Counted from the stretch's first letter, positions 20,768-32,965 are shown. The stretch is DNA of 64,000 nt from Paramoeba atlantica (GCA_977017575.1 CDRNVI010000067.1:62001-126000), one strand, 5' to 3'. Translations and numbers: made by a program. The notes: a model not told the origin generated them from the letters alone.

Positions 20768-21240
20768 CTAGTCGCCTACAAAACATACATACCTACTGAA
20801 TATGCACGCAACGAAAGCTTTAGCAACGTGCGTTGAGTATTTGGGTTGATAGCAGTGGGGTAGGTTATCCATGTATAATGGCACTGTGTCGAATATCACC
20901 TTGACGTCCTCATTCCAAAATGGGATGGCGTTATTGTCTTCGTGAAATAATATGTCATCATCCAAATCTAGCCACGTGTTCTTCATGTCGTGGTACGTGC
21001 GGGAAAAAATGTATGATATTGTTCGCACAAGTTTGCTCTCCCCATCCCGTCCGAAATTTCATTGCAAGATACTCCGATATGGTGAAGTAACTCCCCCATT
21101 TGAAGAAAATAGAAGCTAGCGAATACTCTCCTTTGACCGGACTGTAGCGCGTAGTAACTCCTTTGAAGCCACCACAACACGCTCACACATTATTTTCTTT
21201 CCCGTGATGCATCTGCTTTGCAAGACGCCCACATGTTGGC
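20768..21240 (-). pseudogene. Truncated Harbinger-like DDE transposase remnant
   Basis: VIFDTVPLY...YQPKYSTHVAKAFVAC aligns by eye with MMDVTTIP...YSGKHREHCFKVEFW of the 14919 ORF. An upstream HTH-like fragment lies in another frame. Confidence 0.55.
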
Positions 21241-21359
21241 AAAATTGTTTTTTGCCCCGCGCATCTGCGGCTTGCTGATCGCACGATCTAAGTACCGGAC
21301 AACTGCTTCTGCAGCACGGACGTGCACTTTTTCCTTCTAAACAATAAATCGCTTTTTCA

Positions 21360-21737
21360 TTAAAATGAGCATATTCCCAATATGCCCGCGCTTAAGCGTG
21401 GCACCGTTGAAGGGAACTCCAACATACACTCTGTGCAACATACACTGCGTGCAATGCAAGTATGCATGACCATCTCTTCGTCCATGCCTTCGCACCTAAT
21501 TTGATCCACTACAGAGGTTGGAAGTCCTTCAACTTCTTGTGGAGTCAAGCACAGTGGGCAGTACTGTGCGCCAAGAGGTACAACTACTTGCTTACAGGAT
21601 ACGCAAGGTTCTGTGTCGCTGCCGTCTATGCGACACGCACAAACAAGACAACGCTTTGGTGCAACAAGTGGGACGTTGCGCAAAACCTTAAATTCTTTAC
21701 ATCTCGGGCACATTTTCTTAGTGACAGGCTCGGGCAT
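21360..21737 (-). CDS. Small multi-CxxC (zinc-ribbon-like) protein
   Basis: CPRC, CLVC, CVSC, CPLC and CCTEC in 125 aa. It lies directly upstream of the DDE remnant on the same strand. Confidence 0.5.
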   Translation of the reverse strand: MPEPVTKKMCPRCKEFKVLRNVPLVAPKRCLVCACRIDGSDTEPCVSCKQVVVPLGAQYCPLCLTPQEVEGLPTSVVDQIRCEGMDEEMVMHTCIARSVCCTECMLEFPSTVPRLSAGILGICSF

Positions 21738-21791
21738 TGTGCCAAAAAAATGTTCTTAAAGACTTCTTAAATAGTATTGCTTTAGGAAATA

Positions 21792-22672
21792 TTGCGGTGG
21801 TTGTAAAACTACCGCTCTACACTCGATTATTGAAAAAAAAGTGAACAAAAACAGTGAAAATATAAAGAGGAACACAGTAATATAATAGAAGAAAAAAATA
21901 TAAAAGGGGGCTCCGGTGGGCCAAAACTGAAAAAAAAAATTGAAAAAAATGGGGGGTCCATGGGGGGGGTCCAGGGGGGGGATCATGGTCGAGCAGATTT
22001 TTTCGAAAAAATTAGTTTTCGAAAAAAAAACGCAGAAAGGGTAGCCGGGGTCTTGGCGCGCATTTTCCACCCCCCTACCCGGGGGTGACCCCCCCGCGTA
22101 TCCGCAGGACGGGTCCGCCAAGTTCGGATTTTTTCGGAAAAAAAAATTTGAAAAAAAATTCAACTTGGCGAAAAAAATGGCAAAAAAATATTTTTCCAAA
22201 ATCGTTTCCCCTATTGTATTTTGATAGTTTGGGACCTACACTAGCTTTCTCCGCAGTTGTTTTCGCAAGGTATCCCTTCTTCTAACCGTGGTGCGCCCCT
22301 CAAAATGACCCATTTTTGACTAAAAAAGGTGAAAAAGTATTTTTCGGACCTAAAGGGGCATTTTTGTGTCGAAAGAATGGTATGGTTGGAGTCGCATTCT
22401 CTACCCAATACGTTCGGTAGGCTTTCATTCATGCCTACGAGTGATTTCCCACGCGCAAGTGTCGGATTTAGTGCTCTGAGAGCAAAAATACGCGAAAATC
22501 ACCCCATTTTTACCCGAAAATCGGCTATTTTTGGCTATAATCTTTCCGTTTTCCAGGCTAAATTTTCTTTTTTAGGCTCTTCGTTAAACGCAGCGGTAGT
22601 TTTCAACGCAAAGCGCGCATCATGAGTGACTTCTAAGTTGAAAACAACCACCGCGTTTAACGAAGAGCCTAA
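21792..22672 (-). mobile_element. Full-length E1 element
   Basis: Reverse complement of 1217-2149, starting TTGCGGTGGTTGTAAAACTACCGC and ending in the long hairpin. Confidence 0.85.
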
Positions 22673-22945
22673 TAAAAAGGGTCTCCGGTGGTCCAAAACT
22701 GAAAAAAAAATTATTATTGATTGAAGTATGATTGAGGAAATTTGTAAAGCAACTGATTTAGACTCATAAACAAAAGCATAAATTTTGCAAAATAGTGGCA
22801 GACGGTGGCAAATGGTGGCAGACAAAACCGTACACTTCTGCAGTACATCCAAAGTGAAGATTGACGTACAATGTCACAGTTCTCGAATGTTATCTCGAAC
22901 GATAACAAGACATGAAGAATTCCAAAATTTGATATTCTCAAAACT

Positions 22946-23569
22946 ATGATTGAAATGTTTTCTTTGCACCTACTTTGCAGTAGTGTGGATAATTCTGCGA
23001 CTTCAGTTTCACGTGCAGCAAAGGTAAGGGGCACATTTCTCCCCCAGGAATACGAACTCGCGAAGTTCATTAGTGATGTTGAAAATCCACATGCGTCCTG
23101 GAGTACTGCCACACCTGTATGTGAGTGGGATGGCATGAATTGCAATAAGCAAGATGAAGTTATCCGTATTAGCTGGTGTAGTCAAGGATTGCGAGGAGCA
23201 TTACATTGGCAACATTTACCGCGGTCTGTGAGATCTTTGAATATATTTAACAACCTGCTCAGCGGTACTGTCGATTTTTCCGCATTACCTCTAGGCTTGG
23301 TTCATTTGTGGGTGGATTCCAACGCTTTTAGTGGACAACTACATTTCGAGCATCTTCCTCCTAACATTCGAGTTTTAGCATTGTCAGATTGCGACTTCAG
23401 TGGTTTTGTGGATTTTTTATGTCTTCAACATTCGTCCCTTGCACAGTTGGGTTCGAGCTTTAGTATAAAAGATAATCCCAGACTACATGGATCTTTGTCT
23501 AAAAAAGCTGTTCCTAAAGGTGTATGGTGGGATATACCGAACTCATGGCTGACAGACGAAATACTTTGA
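22946..23569 (+). CDS. LRR protein, subfamily A paralogue (207 aa)
   Basis: Collinear and highly similar to 19988-20611. Confidence 0.85.
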   Translation: MIEMFSLHLLCSSVDNSATSVSRAAKVRGTFLPQEYELAKFISDVENPHASWSTATPVCEWDGMNCNKQDEVIRISWCSQGLRGALHWQHLPRSVRSLNIFNNLLSGTVDFSALPLGLVHLWVDSNAFSGQLHFEHLPPNIRVLALSDCDFSGFVDFLCLQHSSLAQLGSSFSIKDNPRLHGSLSKKAVPKGVWWDIPNSWLTDEIL

Positions 23570-23649
23570 TGCTTTTTTCGTGGGCTTGATCAGTTCTAGG
23601 GAAAGCAAAGTAATACCCCCTCCCGTTTAATATCAAGTAATTGACATAC

Positions 23650-25773
23650 CGTTACCCCCCCCCCCGTTAGATATCCTAGTACGCTACTTATCCTCTTTTG
23701 TGATGAAGCGTAACGGTAATTGTAATGATATAACGGTAATTCGTTTACTTGATTTTCTTTTTTAATTAATATTCTTTTTATTAAATTTTTAAATTTTAAT
23801 GCTGAGAGATGGCCCATTGCACATCAAATATCGGGATTATTTATTGGTCGTTGGGAAAATCCCGAAGTCCATCGACATTAAATTCGGTCATATCGCGTTC
23901 TCCCGAATGACCTACTTGCATTTCTTCACATTCGTCGCTAAACGCAATCGCTAGTAGGAGAGTTAAGCTCCGATTGATTTATGCTCCCCCGAAGCACCCC
24001 CCTCAGTTGTCAGCCTAATACATATAAATATGTATATATTTATTTTTGTATATGTATTTCATATAAATATGTTTTATATAAATATGTTTTATTTTCATAT
24101 AAATATGTATATTTATATATATTTATATGTATTTATATGTATTATGTTTATATTTATATGTATATCCCAAGGAGAATAATCTTTCAACTGCATCAATTTG
24201 CGAAAGCACAATGCCGTAAGATGCGTTAACGAAGTAGACAAATTTGTGTCGAGCTATTCAGGCCGAAATTCCATTCGAGATAATGAGCTTCCTCTAATAA
24301 TGATGGGTTTCGCGGTATTGTTGGATGAAGTCGAGGTCGACAACATGCATGACGCTGCTTCAACAGCTGCTCGCTTGGTAAGAAGATCAACATCTTCTCG
24401 AGACTGCATACCGTCATCTGTAGTGCGAACACGCTTGTTCCATGCATTCGCTGATCGACGGAGTGAAACAAGGCGCTTTGCCTCGCTGTTGCTGATTCCA
24501 GTATCGGAATAAGTATCGTCGGACGACTCGTGAAACAAAGCCCAGTCCTCGATTCCAGCAAACAACTCATTGCGCCTACTACTGCTGGGCCTAAATATCT
24601 CTGGAGGTACAAATATCTCTGCATTACAAAACACCCCCTACACCCCCTGTACGAAAAAAATGGGGGTCACTTACTCGTTGGTGGTTTATACCGTTCATCT
24701 TATCGTTTAACTTTATGTTTCTTTTCAACTTGCTTCTTGGATCTTAGACTTCAGTTTCATCTTTCCGCTTGATCACTACTTGTGTGCTGCTTTCTTGACG
24801 CTTTGTTTCGGGTTCTATTTCCCGACTGTGCGCCGCGTTGAAACTGCTGGGAAATCATAATCTTGTGCTGATGCACGCGGACTGTAGGAATTTATAGCTC
24901 TGGAGAGTGGAACTGGGCAAGTGCAGGGTTCAAGTAACCTAATTTTGCGAATTGGTCCTGTACATTCATAGTAGTAGTAATTTTATCGTGGGCTCGTGCG
25001 ACCATGGAATGTAACCACTTACGCTTTTCCTTTGCAGTATCTTTTACTGCATACTGTGCCCTTCCCCCATCTAGGGAGTGAGACTATCAGACACTAGAGG
25101 CAGCGGCCGTCCGCCTTCTAGACTCTGTATCATGTTTCCTACGTTCTCTTCCTGGAGAACACCGCAACAATGCTTACACGAAAATATTCAAGATCTTTAT
25201 GTGGGAATGGATACTCCGTGGTCGTGTCGTCTTCCCATACCCCCCCACAAGCCGCTCCATGGCTTCTCGCCCAAAATTTCCATGCGAAGTTCTTAGTGCC
25301 GAAGTCGGCGAGTCCTTACGACGCCGCGTACCATTAACGATAAAAACAGGATGCTACTCTCGCGATAATAATAATTTCTCGCAAAGTTGAGTTTTTAGTA
25401 CTGACCTTTGCAGGCGATTCATAGGATTCTATGCGAGTGCTACAGGAAAGTGACTGCGCGGACATTTTCTGCAAGGCGATTCCTGCGCCGACTGAGGCAT
25501 CAAAATTTTTTTACCTGGAAAAAGTCAACAAGGTACAGAAACAACAAGGTACGGAAGTCACTAGTGTACACGGTACGTTGATTGTCTACAAGACGCACAC
25601 GAAAACAAAGATTGTGCCCGCATGTTTGGAGATTAGAGGATTGGCTTTTGGCTAATTTCTTTTTCCCCCTTTTCAAAAACATTTCTTTCGCGTATTTTTC
25701 GAAAATTCAAGCCCTCCCTTTATACTTCCAAAAGCACTGAAACCTGCGGAAGTATAAAGGGAGGGGGTAACAG
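23650..25773 (-). mobile_element. Decayed pogo-family element
   Basis: Ends TA|CCGTTACCCCC and GGGGGTAACAG|TA. 24896-25045 (-) encodes KRKWLHSMVARAHDKITTTMNVQDQFAKLGYLNPALAQFHSPEL, homologous to the C-terminus of the 5796 ORF. Confidence 0.65.
23995..24165. repeat. AT-rich low-complexity tract (TATAT/TATGT)
   Basis: Almost only T and A in short degenerate units. Confidence 0.85.
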
Positions 25774-25898
25774 TACTTTTTTATTTTTGTATACAGTGTA
25801 GAGCCTAGCTTTATTGGCGCACATCCCCGCTTGAGTAATTAAGAAGTAAAAAACAAAGAATAATAGTTTTTTCCCCTTCCCTTTTCTCCCTGTTTTTC

Positions 25899-28352
25899 AT
25901 GGCGGTTTCCTCCGAGCGTCTTGCTTCTCGTCTTCACCATGCCTATGCCTCCCTGGATGCCCTCCTCACGGCGCACCATCTCCGCGTCCAGGACACCGAG
26001 GAAACGCTTTCCCATCTCGATGCCCACCCGTTTGAAAAGGAAGACAACAACAGTCCGTATTTCGTTCCCCCCTCGCTGGAACAGGCGCACGAGGCCTTTG
26101 CTCAAGGATTTGAAAATGTCACAGAAGAGTTTGAGACTGTGGTGGCAGAGGTCGAGACAGAGCTGAAAAAGATGGAAAAGGAAAAAGAAGAAAAAGAAGG
26201 GGTTCTTCGAGAGGAAGAGATTGGAGAAAAAGAGAGGAGCTTGGAGGAACAAGAGGAAGCTAGTCAGGTGCAGGGCGAGCAGGAGGGAGAGGAAAGTGAA
26301 GATAAAGTCGATCGTGATGTTGTAGTCGTGGAAAGGGAGCAAAACTTACCAGCTGGCGAACATCAAAGTCCAAAAGAAAGTACAATTTCGAATACAAAGA
26401 CGGATATAGCTGAGGTAGACACCACAGACTTGCACGATGCAAATCCCGGAGATAGGACGACCAACGTCGCAGAATCCCAAATCTTATTGGATACTTTACT
26501 CTCTAAGAGCGGAGAGGTTCCCGAGCTATCCACCCCCACGTTCGTTTGCCCTGCAGCCCCTGAAATTTCGCATTTCTATGACCGAGTGGCGACTCTCCGA
26601 GGTTCCATTGAGCGTGAATTTCCAGTGAATAACCCCCCACCTCCCTCTCATGACCCCATACTTCTACGAGGTAACGTTTCTGAAATCATTGCGTCGTTGC
26701 CTGAGAAAGCTCCAGAAGAGGACTCGATTTCTGGGTACAATCTCACAGGCATACGACAACCTCTGTCACCGTTCCGCAAATCTCCGGAAACAAAAGCAAA
26801 AAATCGCATTCAGTTTTTCTTTCACGAATTCGAGCGCGTCAAAGCCCACGGGGATATGTTACCGAAATGGTGTGGAGCTGGTGAGGCTATTGAAGAGGTT
26901 AAAGGTTTACTACAACAACGATGGCCATCTCGAATGGAAATTCTGGAAGACGAGCAAAAAACAGATATTTCGTTAGTTGAAGTAGAATTGAAGGGAAAAC
27001 ATGTTAGTAGTGTGGAATCCAGTAAAAAGCTCGAACAAGAAAAATCTGAAACAGAAAATACCGTCAAGGACACGATCGTAAACGTACGAAGTGTGAAAAT
27101 TAGCCAAGAAAGCGAAGAAACCAAACCCGACATACCTTTAGCATCTGACTCCATGTCCCCCATCTCGAATTCCGAAAATTCTACTCTAAAAGAAAAAGAC
27201 CTTACCGAGAACGAGATCAATCCTATCAAAACCGATGAAACCCCCCAGCAGATCATTCCGGATTCCCCTACCCATCTTGTTGTTCCCGACTCCCCTGCAT
27301 ACCCTACAACCACAACTCCAGAGTTACTGCTTACGGAGGCTAAACGAGTGTTGCAATGGTGTCGTCAAATGGGTGTGGATCTTTCCACTCTACAAGAGCA
27401 ACAAAAACAACAAAATGAAAATGAAATAAGAATAAATTCCTTAGAAGAAAAGAGTGAAGCGAAATATTTTACCCAACTACGTGAGTTTGCGGAAGCACTC
27501 AACCGAAATGGAGAAATTATGTCCGAGAATTTAGCCACGCTCCATCGTCTGGGTGTCTCCTGGATCTGTGAGTCCGATGAGATTCGATCGGTACTGCGTG
27601 AGTGTCAGGAAGTTTGGGTAAAGTTAATTGTTAACACCCAAGACGCGTTAATGCAGTGTGTGGGGATTACAGGGGAGGAGAAGGATCCAAAAACAGGCAC
27701 GGAAGCAACATTCTCTCAGCGAATCGAAGATGCGATTGGGTTTCTACCAAAGTGGAAAACGTTTGTGGAAGACTGTAAAAAATTAATTGAGGAGCAGGAG
27801 GAAAAGGGCGAGAAACGGGGAAAGGAAGGCCACAGTCTATCAACAAAGGCCGAAACGGATATGAAAAATACACCTTTGACAAGTGAAGGAGAAGGTACAA
27901 ACGATGTCAATGCACCCGGCACGGAAGACGCGACCCGTACAAATGACGTACCAAACGATTCCTCTCGTTCTACTCAATCTTGGACGCAATCACTGAAAAC
28001 CGTACTCCAAGAATTTCCATCCGCTTCCCAGATGGAATCAAGTTGGGATTCTTTTAAAACTAAAACACTCCAACCTTTACAAGAAAACTACAAAGTTTTT
28101 AAAACCACAGTGTTGAAGCCACAATGTACACTCCTGGAGAACACCTCTGAATTTGTGAAAGATAGCGATCAGCGCAGCGCAAAACTCAAGAGCATTGGGA
28201 CCCAACTGGAACGTTGGATGAAAGCTCAAAAGCAAAGCCTTTCGTACGAAAAACTACAAAACGAATTTTCCCATCTACGCGACATTTTATGTCAACATAA
28301 ATCGGAGAGTTGCTGTGAAGAATTTGCAGAAAAATATTCCAAAAAAGAATAA
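25899..28352 (+). CDS. Hypothetical acidic coiled-coil protein (817 aa)
   Basis: Long uninterrupted ORF with a pyrimidine tract before the ATG. No domain recognised. Confidence 0.8.
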   Translation: MAVSSERLASRLHHAYASLDALLTAHHLRVQDTEETLSHLDAHPFEKEDNNSPYFVPPSLEQAHEAFAQGFENVTEEFETVVAEVETELKKMEKEKEEKEGVLREEEIGEKERSLEEQEEASQVQGEQEGEESEDKVDRDVVVVEREQNLPAGEHQSPKESTISNTKTDIAEVDTTDLHDANPGDRTTNVAESQILLDTLLSKSGEVPELSTPTFVCPAAPEISHFYDRVATLRGSIEREFPVNNPPPPSHDPILLRGNVSEIIASLPEKAPEEDSISGYNLTGIRQPLSPFRKSPETKAKNRIQFFFHEFERVKAHGDMLPKWCGAGEAIEEVKGLLQQRWPSRMEILEDEQKTDISLVEVELKGKHVSSVESSKKLEQEKSETENTVKDTIVNVRSVKISQESEETKPDIPLASDSMSPISNSENSTLKEKDLTENEINPIKTDETPQQIIPDSPTHLVVPDSPAYPTTTTPELLLTEAKRVLQWCRQMGVDLSTLQEQQKQQNENEIRINSLEEKSEAKYFTQLREFAEALNRNGEIMSENLATLHRLGVSWICESDEIRSVLRECQEVWVKLIVNTQDALMQCVGITGEEKDPKTGTEATFSQRIEDAIGFLPKWKTFVEDCKKLIEEQEEKGEKRGKEGHSLSTKAETDMKNTPLTSEGEGTNDVNAPGTEDATRTNDVPNDSSRSTQSWTQSLKTVLQEFPSASQMESSWDSFKTKTLQPLQENYKVFKTTVLKPQCTLLENTSEFVKDSDQRSAKLKSIGTQLERWMKAQKQSLSYEKLQNEFSHLRDILCQHKSESCCEEFAEKYSKKE

Positions 28353-28705
28353 ACTTGAAACTACAAAGGTTTGTTAAAAAGAAAAAAAAGATAGTCGATA
28401 CTTTTAGTTATTTGTTTAATCGGTTTCGTGCGCAATGGTAACAAACCCTTGGCCACAGTACGTAGTGTAGAATAGAAACATGAACACTTCTTACCTATGT
28501 ATGATTCTAAACGTCATTTTCGACAAGCAATACTATTCGCTTAGAATTCTGCGCCCCAATGAGTACTGATGAATTTTGCATCTGTCGTAAAAAATGCAGT
28601 AGGTAAGAAATCACCAGCATATCCTATTATTCAGAAACGGGTTATCAATTTTAATTTATTGCTTACCATCATTATTTTTCCACCCTTTACTATCCCACAC
28701 ATTCA

Positions 28706-29584
28706 ATGTCACACATTGGACTGGAAAAACGCATACAAAAATTCGTCCACACATTTCTGCAAGAGTTGACCATCCCTCCTCTTTCCCACGATTCTTCCAT
28801 ATTGCCTGAAAAAACCAATTTTTCTGCGGAAGAAGGCCCAGTTTGTCATTCCACAACAAAAATTTCACACAACTGTACGCCTGACTCGGTTTCACGCTCT
28901 AATTCTTTAGATCCCGATTCTATGGACGATGTTTCAGAAAATCTTCTACCTCGATCTGAGACGAATCCAAATCTAAATTCAAATCTACATCCAATTCCAA
29001 GCCTAAATTCAAATACAAAGTTAAGCTTAAGTCCAAATCCAACCTTAGATCCCAATCCCAATCCAACCCTAAATTCAAATTCAAATCCAAACTTAACTTC
29101 ATATCCCAATCGAAGTCCAAGCTTGAATTCTATTTCAAACCCAAGCCCAAGTCCAAATCCAACCCCCCCCACCAATACCCCAACACCCGAAATCCGCGAC
29201 ACGATCCACGCTCTGCTGCAGCAGGAAAGCGCCGTGCCTCGCGCCACACGCCTCACCCCAGAATCCATCGCGTGCCTCACCGCTGCCGTCGTCACCCTGA
29301 TGGAGACATTAGCCCAGCAAGCCGCGGAGGTCACGGCCGCAAGGAAACGCAAAACCGTAACCCTGGAACATCTCATGGCCGCCCTCGGGTGTGGGCGTAG
29401 TGAAGACGTGAGCCCCGATAAAACAGAACGTGGCCCTCCAGGAAAGGGGAGAGCACAACGAAAAGAAGACGAAAAGAGGAAGAGTGGGGAGACCCACCGA
29501 TGGAAGTTTGCAACAGAGCTGTTTGCGGAGGAGGGGGAGGAGACACGGGAGAGGGAGGAAATAAAAAGTGCAGGGGAAGGGTAA
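28706..29584 (+). CDS. Histone-fold protein (NF-Y/NC2/CHRAC-like fold) with an N/P/S-rich linker
   Basis: RLTPESIACLTAAVVTLMETLAQQAAEVTAARKRKTVTLEHL matches the histone-fold helix 2-loop-helix 3 pattern. Confidence 0.7.
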   Translation: MSHIGLEKRIQKFVHTFLQELTIPPLSHDSSILPEKTNFSAEEGPVCHSTTKISHNCTPDSVSRSNSLDPDSMDDVSENLLPRSETNPNLNSNLHPIPSLNSNTKLSLSPNPTLDPNPNPTLNSNSNPNLTSYPNRSPSLNSISNPSPSPNPTPPTNTPTPEIRDTIHALLQQESAVPRATRLTPESIACLTAAVVTLMETLAQQAAEVTAARKRKTVTLEHLMAALGCGRSEDVSPDKTERGPPGKGRAQRKEDEKRKSGETHRWKFATELFAEEGEETREREEIKSAGEG

Positions 29585-29618
29585 AAAAGTGTGGTGCGGA
29601 TGGAGGAATGGAGGGTAA

Positions 29619-30653
29619 ATGCATGTTGAGGTGACCCATAACTCTGTGAGAGCTCTTCAATGCGCTATTATTAACCATGTATGGATTTGGTTAAGTTTTA
29701 CGACCAAAATAGAAAATTTAGACCCCATTATTTTCGTGCCACCCCCTGTATCTATCACAGATGTACATTATACCGCACGTTCAAATGATCTTATTTATTT
29801 CATGTCAATGTCTAAACATCAATCTCTAAGCATCCGAAGAGCTGCACTTGCAGATTCAACCCATACTCGAACCCGTCTGGGTAAAGTGCGCGGAGCCATT
29901 CTCTCACAAGACATACAAATGGCTCAATTTATTGAGAATCTGGAGAAGAAGTCAGTAATTACCAGCAATAAAACAGAGGCATGCTTATGGACCGGTGTCA
30001 CATGTACTTCCGACCATGAAGTTTCTGGCATCGATTGGTCGGCCAAAGCGCTGAAGGGTAACCTTAGCTGGGGTAGCCTACCCCACACTGTGTGCAATGT
30101 TCGCGTAGGAGATAATGAACTTAGTGGAACTGTTCCGGTTTCTGCACTTCCCCCTAAACTCACATATTTAAACCTCCAATACAACCCGTTTCATGGATCC
30201 TTTGAAGCCGGCTCCTTACCTCATGTTTTTGAAGAGCTTTGGTCATCAAATACAAAGTTTTCCGGTGTGCTTGATCTCACGTCACTCCCTTCTTCGTTGA
30301 AAGTGTTTTCTTTGCCCAGTAACTGTTTTTCAGGAACGTTGGATTTGACGTTGTTGCCGGGAGGGCTACGCAAGCTCTATCTTCAAGGGAATCAATTCGT
30401 AGGGAGCGTGGATTTGACATGTCTTCCGAAACAACTTGAAATTTTATACATATCCGACAATAAACTTGATGGTGAGTTGGAGTTTCGCAAGCTTCCGCAT
30501 TCAATGCGTGCGCTGTCTCTTGGGAGTAACGCATTTGCGGGCAAAATATGGTTTGATACATTGCCTTCATCAATGCGTACTTTGGATTTGAGCAGAAATA
30601 AATATTCTTTGGATGTGCAATCCTGTTTTCATCCAAAGTTTGTCAAACTTTAA
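29619..30653 (+). CDS. LRR protein, subfamily B (likely start near 29802)
   Basis: RLGKVRGAILSQD leader, CLWTGVTC cap and about 7 23-aa LRRs. Confidence 0.88.
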   Translation: MHVEVTHNSVRALQCAIINHVWIWLSFTTKIENLDPIIFVPPPVSITDVHYTARSNDLIYFMSMSKHQSLSIRRAALADSTHTRTRLGKVRGAILSQDIQMAQFIENLEKKSVITSNKTEACLWTGVTCTSDHEVSGIDWSAKALKGNLSWGSLPHTVCNVRVGDNELSGTVPVSALPPKLTYLNLQYNPFHGSFEAGSLPHVFEELWSSNTKFSGVLDLTSLPSSLKVFSLPSNCFSGTLDLTLLPGGLRKLYLQGNQFVGSVDLTCLPKQLEILYISDNKLDGELEFRKLPHSMRALSLGSNAFAGKIWFDTLPSSMRTLDLSRNKYSLDVQSCFHPKFVKL

Positions 30654-32236
30654 GTTGCAATTTCCATACGTCCGAAGAGAAGTTTTTAATCCAATTTCTT
30701 GACAAAATATTGCTTTCAAAAGAGAGGTTGATAATTCCTGAGAGTGATTACTTTTAGCATCATCGTCTCCAAGTCTTTTTATGAAACAATCGATGCTTTC
30801 TCGCGGCATTTCATGGACAATTAGTTTAACCTTTTTAAAACCGGTGAGATATACCGTGTGCCGCATTTCTTTTGTATGATATGCATACTTTGTACAATGG
30901 ACAATGGACATTTAAAAGTTAATTCAAAAGAATAATTGTTTTAGTCCCTTGTTGTTTTCAACTGTTGCACTGCTGCTGCGCGCTTCGCATGGAAAACTAA
31001 CTCCGCGTTTAACGAAAAGACTAAAAGATAATAATCGGGCAAAAGATCATGAATAATCATAAATCATGTATAATCCACTTTTTGAGCGAAAATACCTGAT
31101 TTTAGGCACAACAATCGAGGCGCGAGGTATACTCGAGTTTCCTTAAAGCGCATCGCAGCTAACCAGTTGGATCCGAATTTCACTGGCTTTACCCTAGTTA
31201 TTTAGTATCTTGTCATTTTCATAGCGGGCGAACCTGCGCAAACGCACGCAAAAAAGGATACGGGATTGCACTCATCCTAGTTCTTTAGCACCTTATCATG
31301 TTGGTGTCGGGTGGCAACCCGGGGGTGTTGGTGTCGGGGGAGGCAACCATGGCCCTCTCAAGAATGACAAATTATCGTGTCAACGTTCAACTCAAAAAGG
31401 GCCTTGAAAATGAGAATGAGAATGGATCAAAAGGGACCCTGTTGTGCAATCTGGGCCTCGAAAAGGAAACACCCGCATAAAAATTCAGCTACTGCAGTGG
31501 TGAGGGTGATGACCTTCGAAATTTCAGCGTCTAGGCATTATGGTTTTCACTTTTGAGCGAACATGCTGGAAGGGCCAAATCTCTCTTCCTGGGGGTAGTC
31601 TTCCTGGGGGGTACCTTAGTGGGGGGCTACCTTTAGTCCTTGAGATGAGCTTGGATCGAGTAGTTAGTGATTGTTCTTCCAGCTGTGTACATGGGTGTGT
31701 ATTTTGTTTTAATGAAGGAACTTGGAGTTGATGAAAATCGCCCAGTTACGAGTTTACCCGTGATCTTGTGGCGCTATCGTACATGTAATTCTAAATTTTT
31801 TTCTAGTGACTTTATATGGGTTACAATCTTTCAAATTTCGGGAATTATTGTTTTATATACATTTTTTCGGGAATTATTGTTGTATATAAATTATAGTGCT
31901 CAAAACGACTTTAAATGGAAATTTGGTCGAAGGGAGCATTTGTTTTGAAAAAGCGTATTTTTGGGTACAGTATGAGTGCAGGTGGCCCAAAATTGTTTTT
32001 TCTACTTCTTTTCTATTCCTTGTCAACGTTCAACTGCAAAATAAACGCGAAAATGAGAATAGTCGCGAAAATGAGAATGAAAATAAAAAAATCCTGTCAA
32101 TGTTCAATTACGGATTCTGAGAATAGTGACGACCAGTGTACCATTTTCTTTCTTTAGGTACCTTTTTCATATTTGCTATACTTCAAGCTTGAAAGTAAAT
32201 TGATTGCACGAGGCAATTTATGCTCATATGCTTTAA

Positions 32237-32965
32237 TTGCGGTGGTTGTAGAACTACCGCTCTACCCTTGATTATTGAAAAAAAAGTGAACAAAAACAGT
32301 GAAAATATATAGAGGAACACAGTAATATAATAGAAGAAAACCATATACAAAAGGGGGCTCCGGTGGTTCAAAATTGAAAAAAAGATTGAAAAAAATGGGG
32401 GGTCTAGGGGGGGGCATACCGCACGATTTTTTTTTGAAAAAAAAATATTTTTAGAAACAAACCCGCAGAAGGGGTAGCCGGGGTCTTGGCGCGCATTTTC
32501 CACCCCCCCTACCCGGGGGTGACCGCCCCGCGTATCCGCAGGACGGGTCCGCCAAGTTCGGATTTTTTCGGAATTTTTTATTTGAAAATAATTTCAACTT
32601 GGCGAAAAAAATGGCAAAAAAGTATTTTTCGGACCACAAGGGGCCTTTTTGTGTCGAAAGAATGGTGTGGTTGGAGTCGCATTCTCTACCCAATACGTTT
32701 GGTAGGCTTTCATGCATGCCTACGAGTGATTTCCCACACGCAAATGTCGGATTTAGTGCTCTGAGAGCAAAAATACCCAAAAAGCACCCGAATTTTACCC
32801 CAAAATCGGCTATTTGTGGCTCCAATCCTTCCAATTTCTACTTTCGAAGCCAAATTTTATTTTTTAGGCTTTTCGTTAAACGCGGCGGGATTTTTCAACG
32901 CGAAGCTCGCAGCATGAGGGGCTTCTAAGTTGAAAACAACCACCGCGTTTAACGAAGAGCCTAAA
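32237..32965 (-). mobile_element. E1 element, diverged and internally shortened
   Basis: TTGCGGTGGTTG tail and hairpin head are both present. Confidence 0.8.

Noticed and set aside
25431-25655. ADIFCKAIP resembling the Copia RNase H end
   Set aside because: The opposite strand shows clearer pogo homology within pogo-like ends, and no RT or LTR is present.
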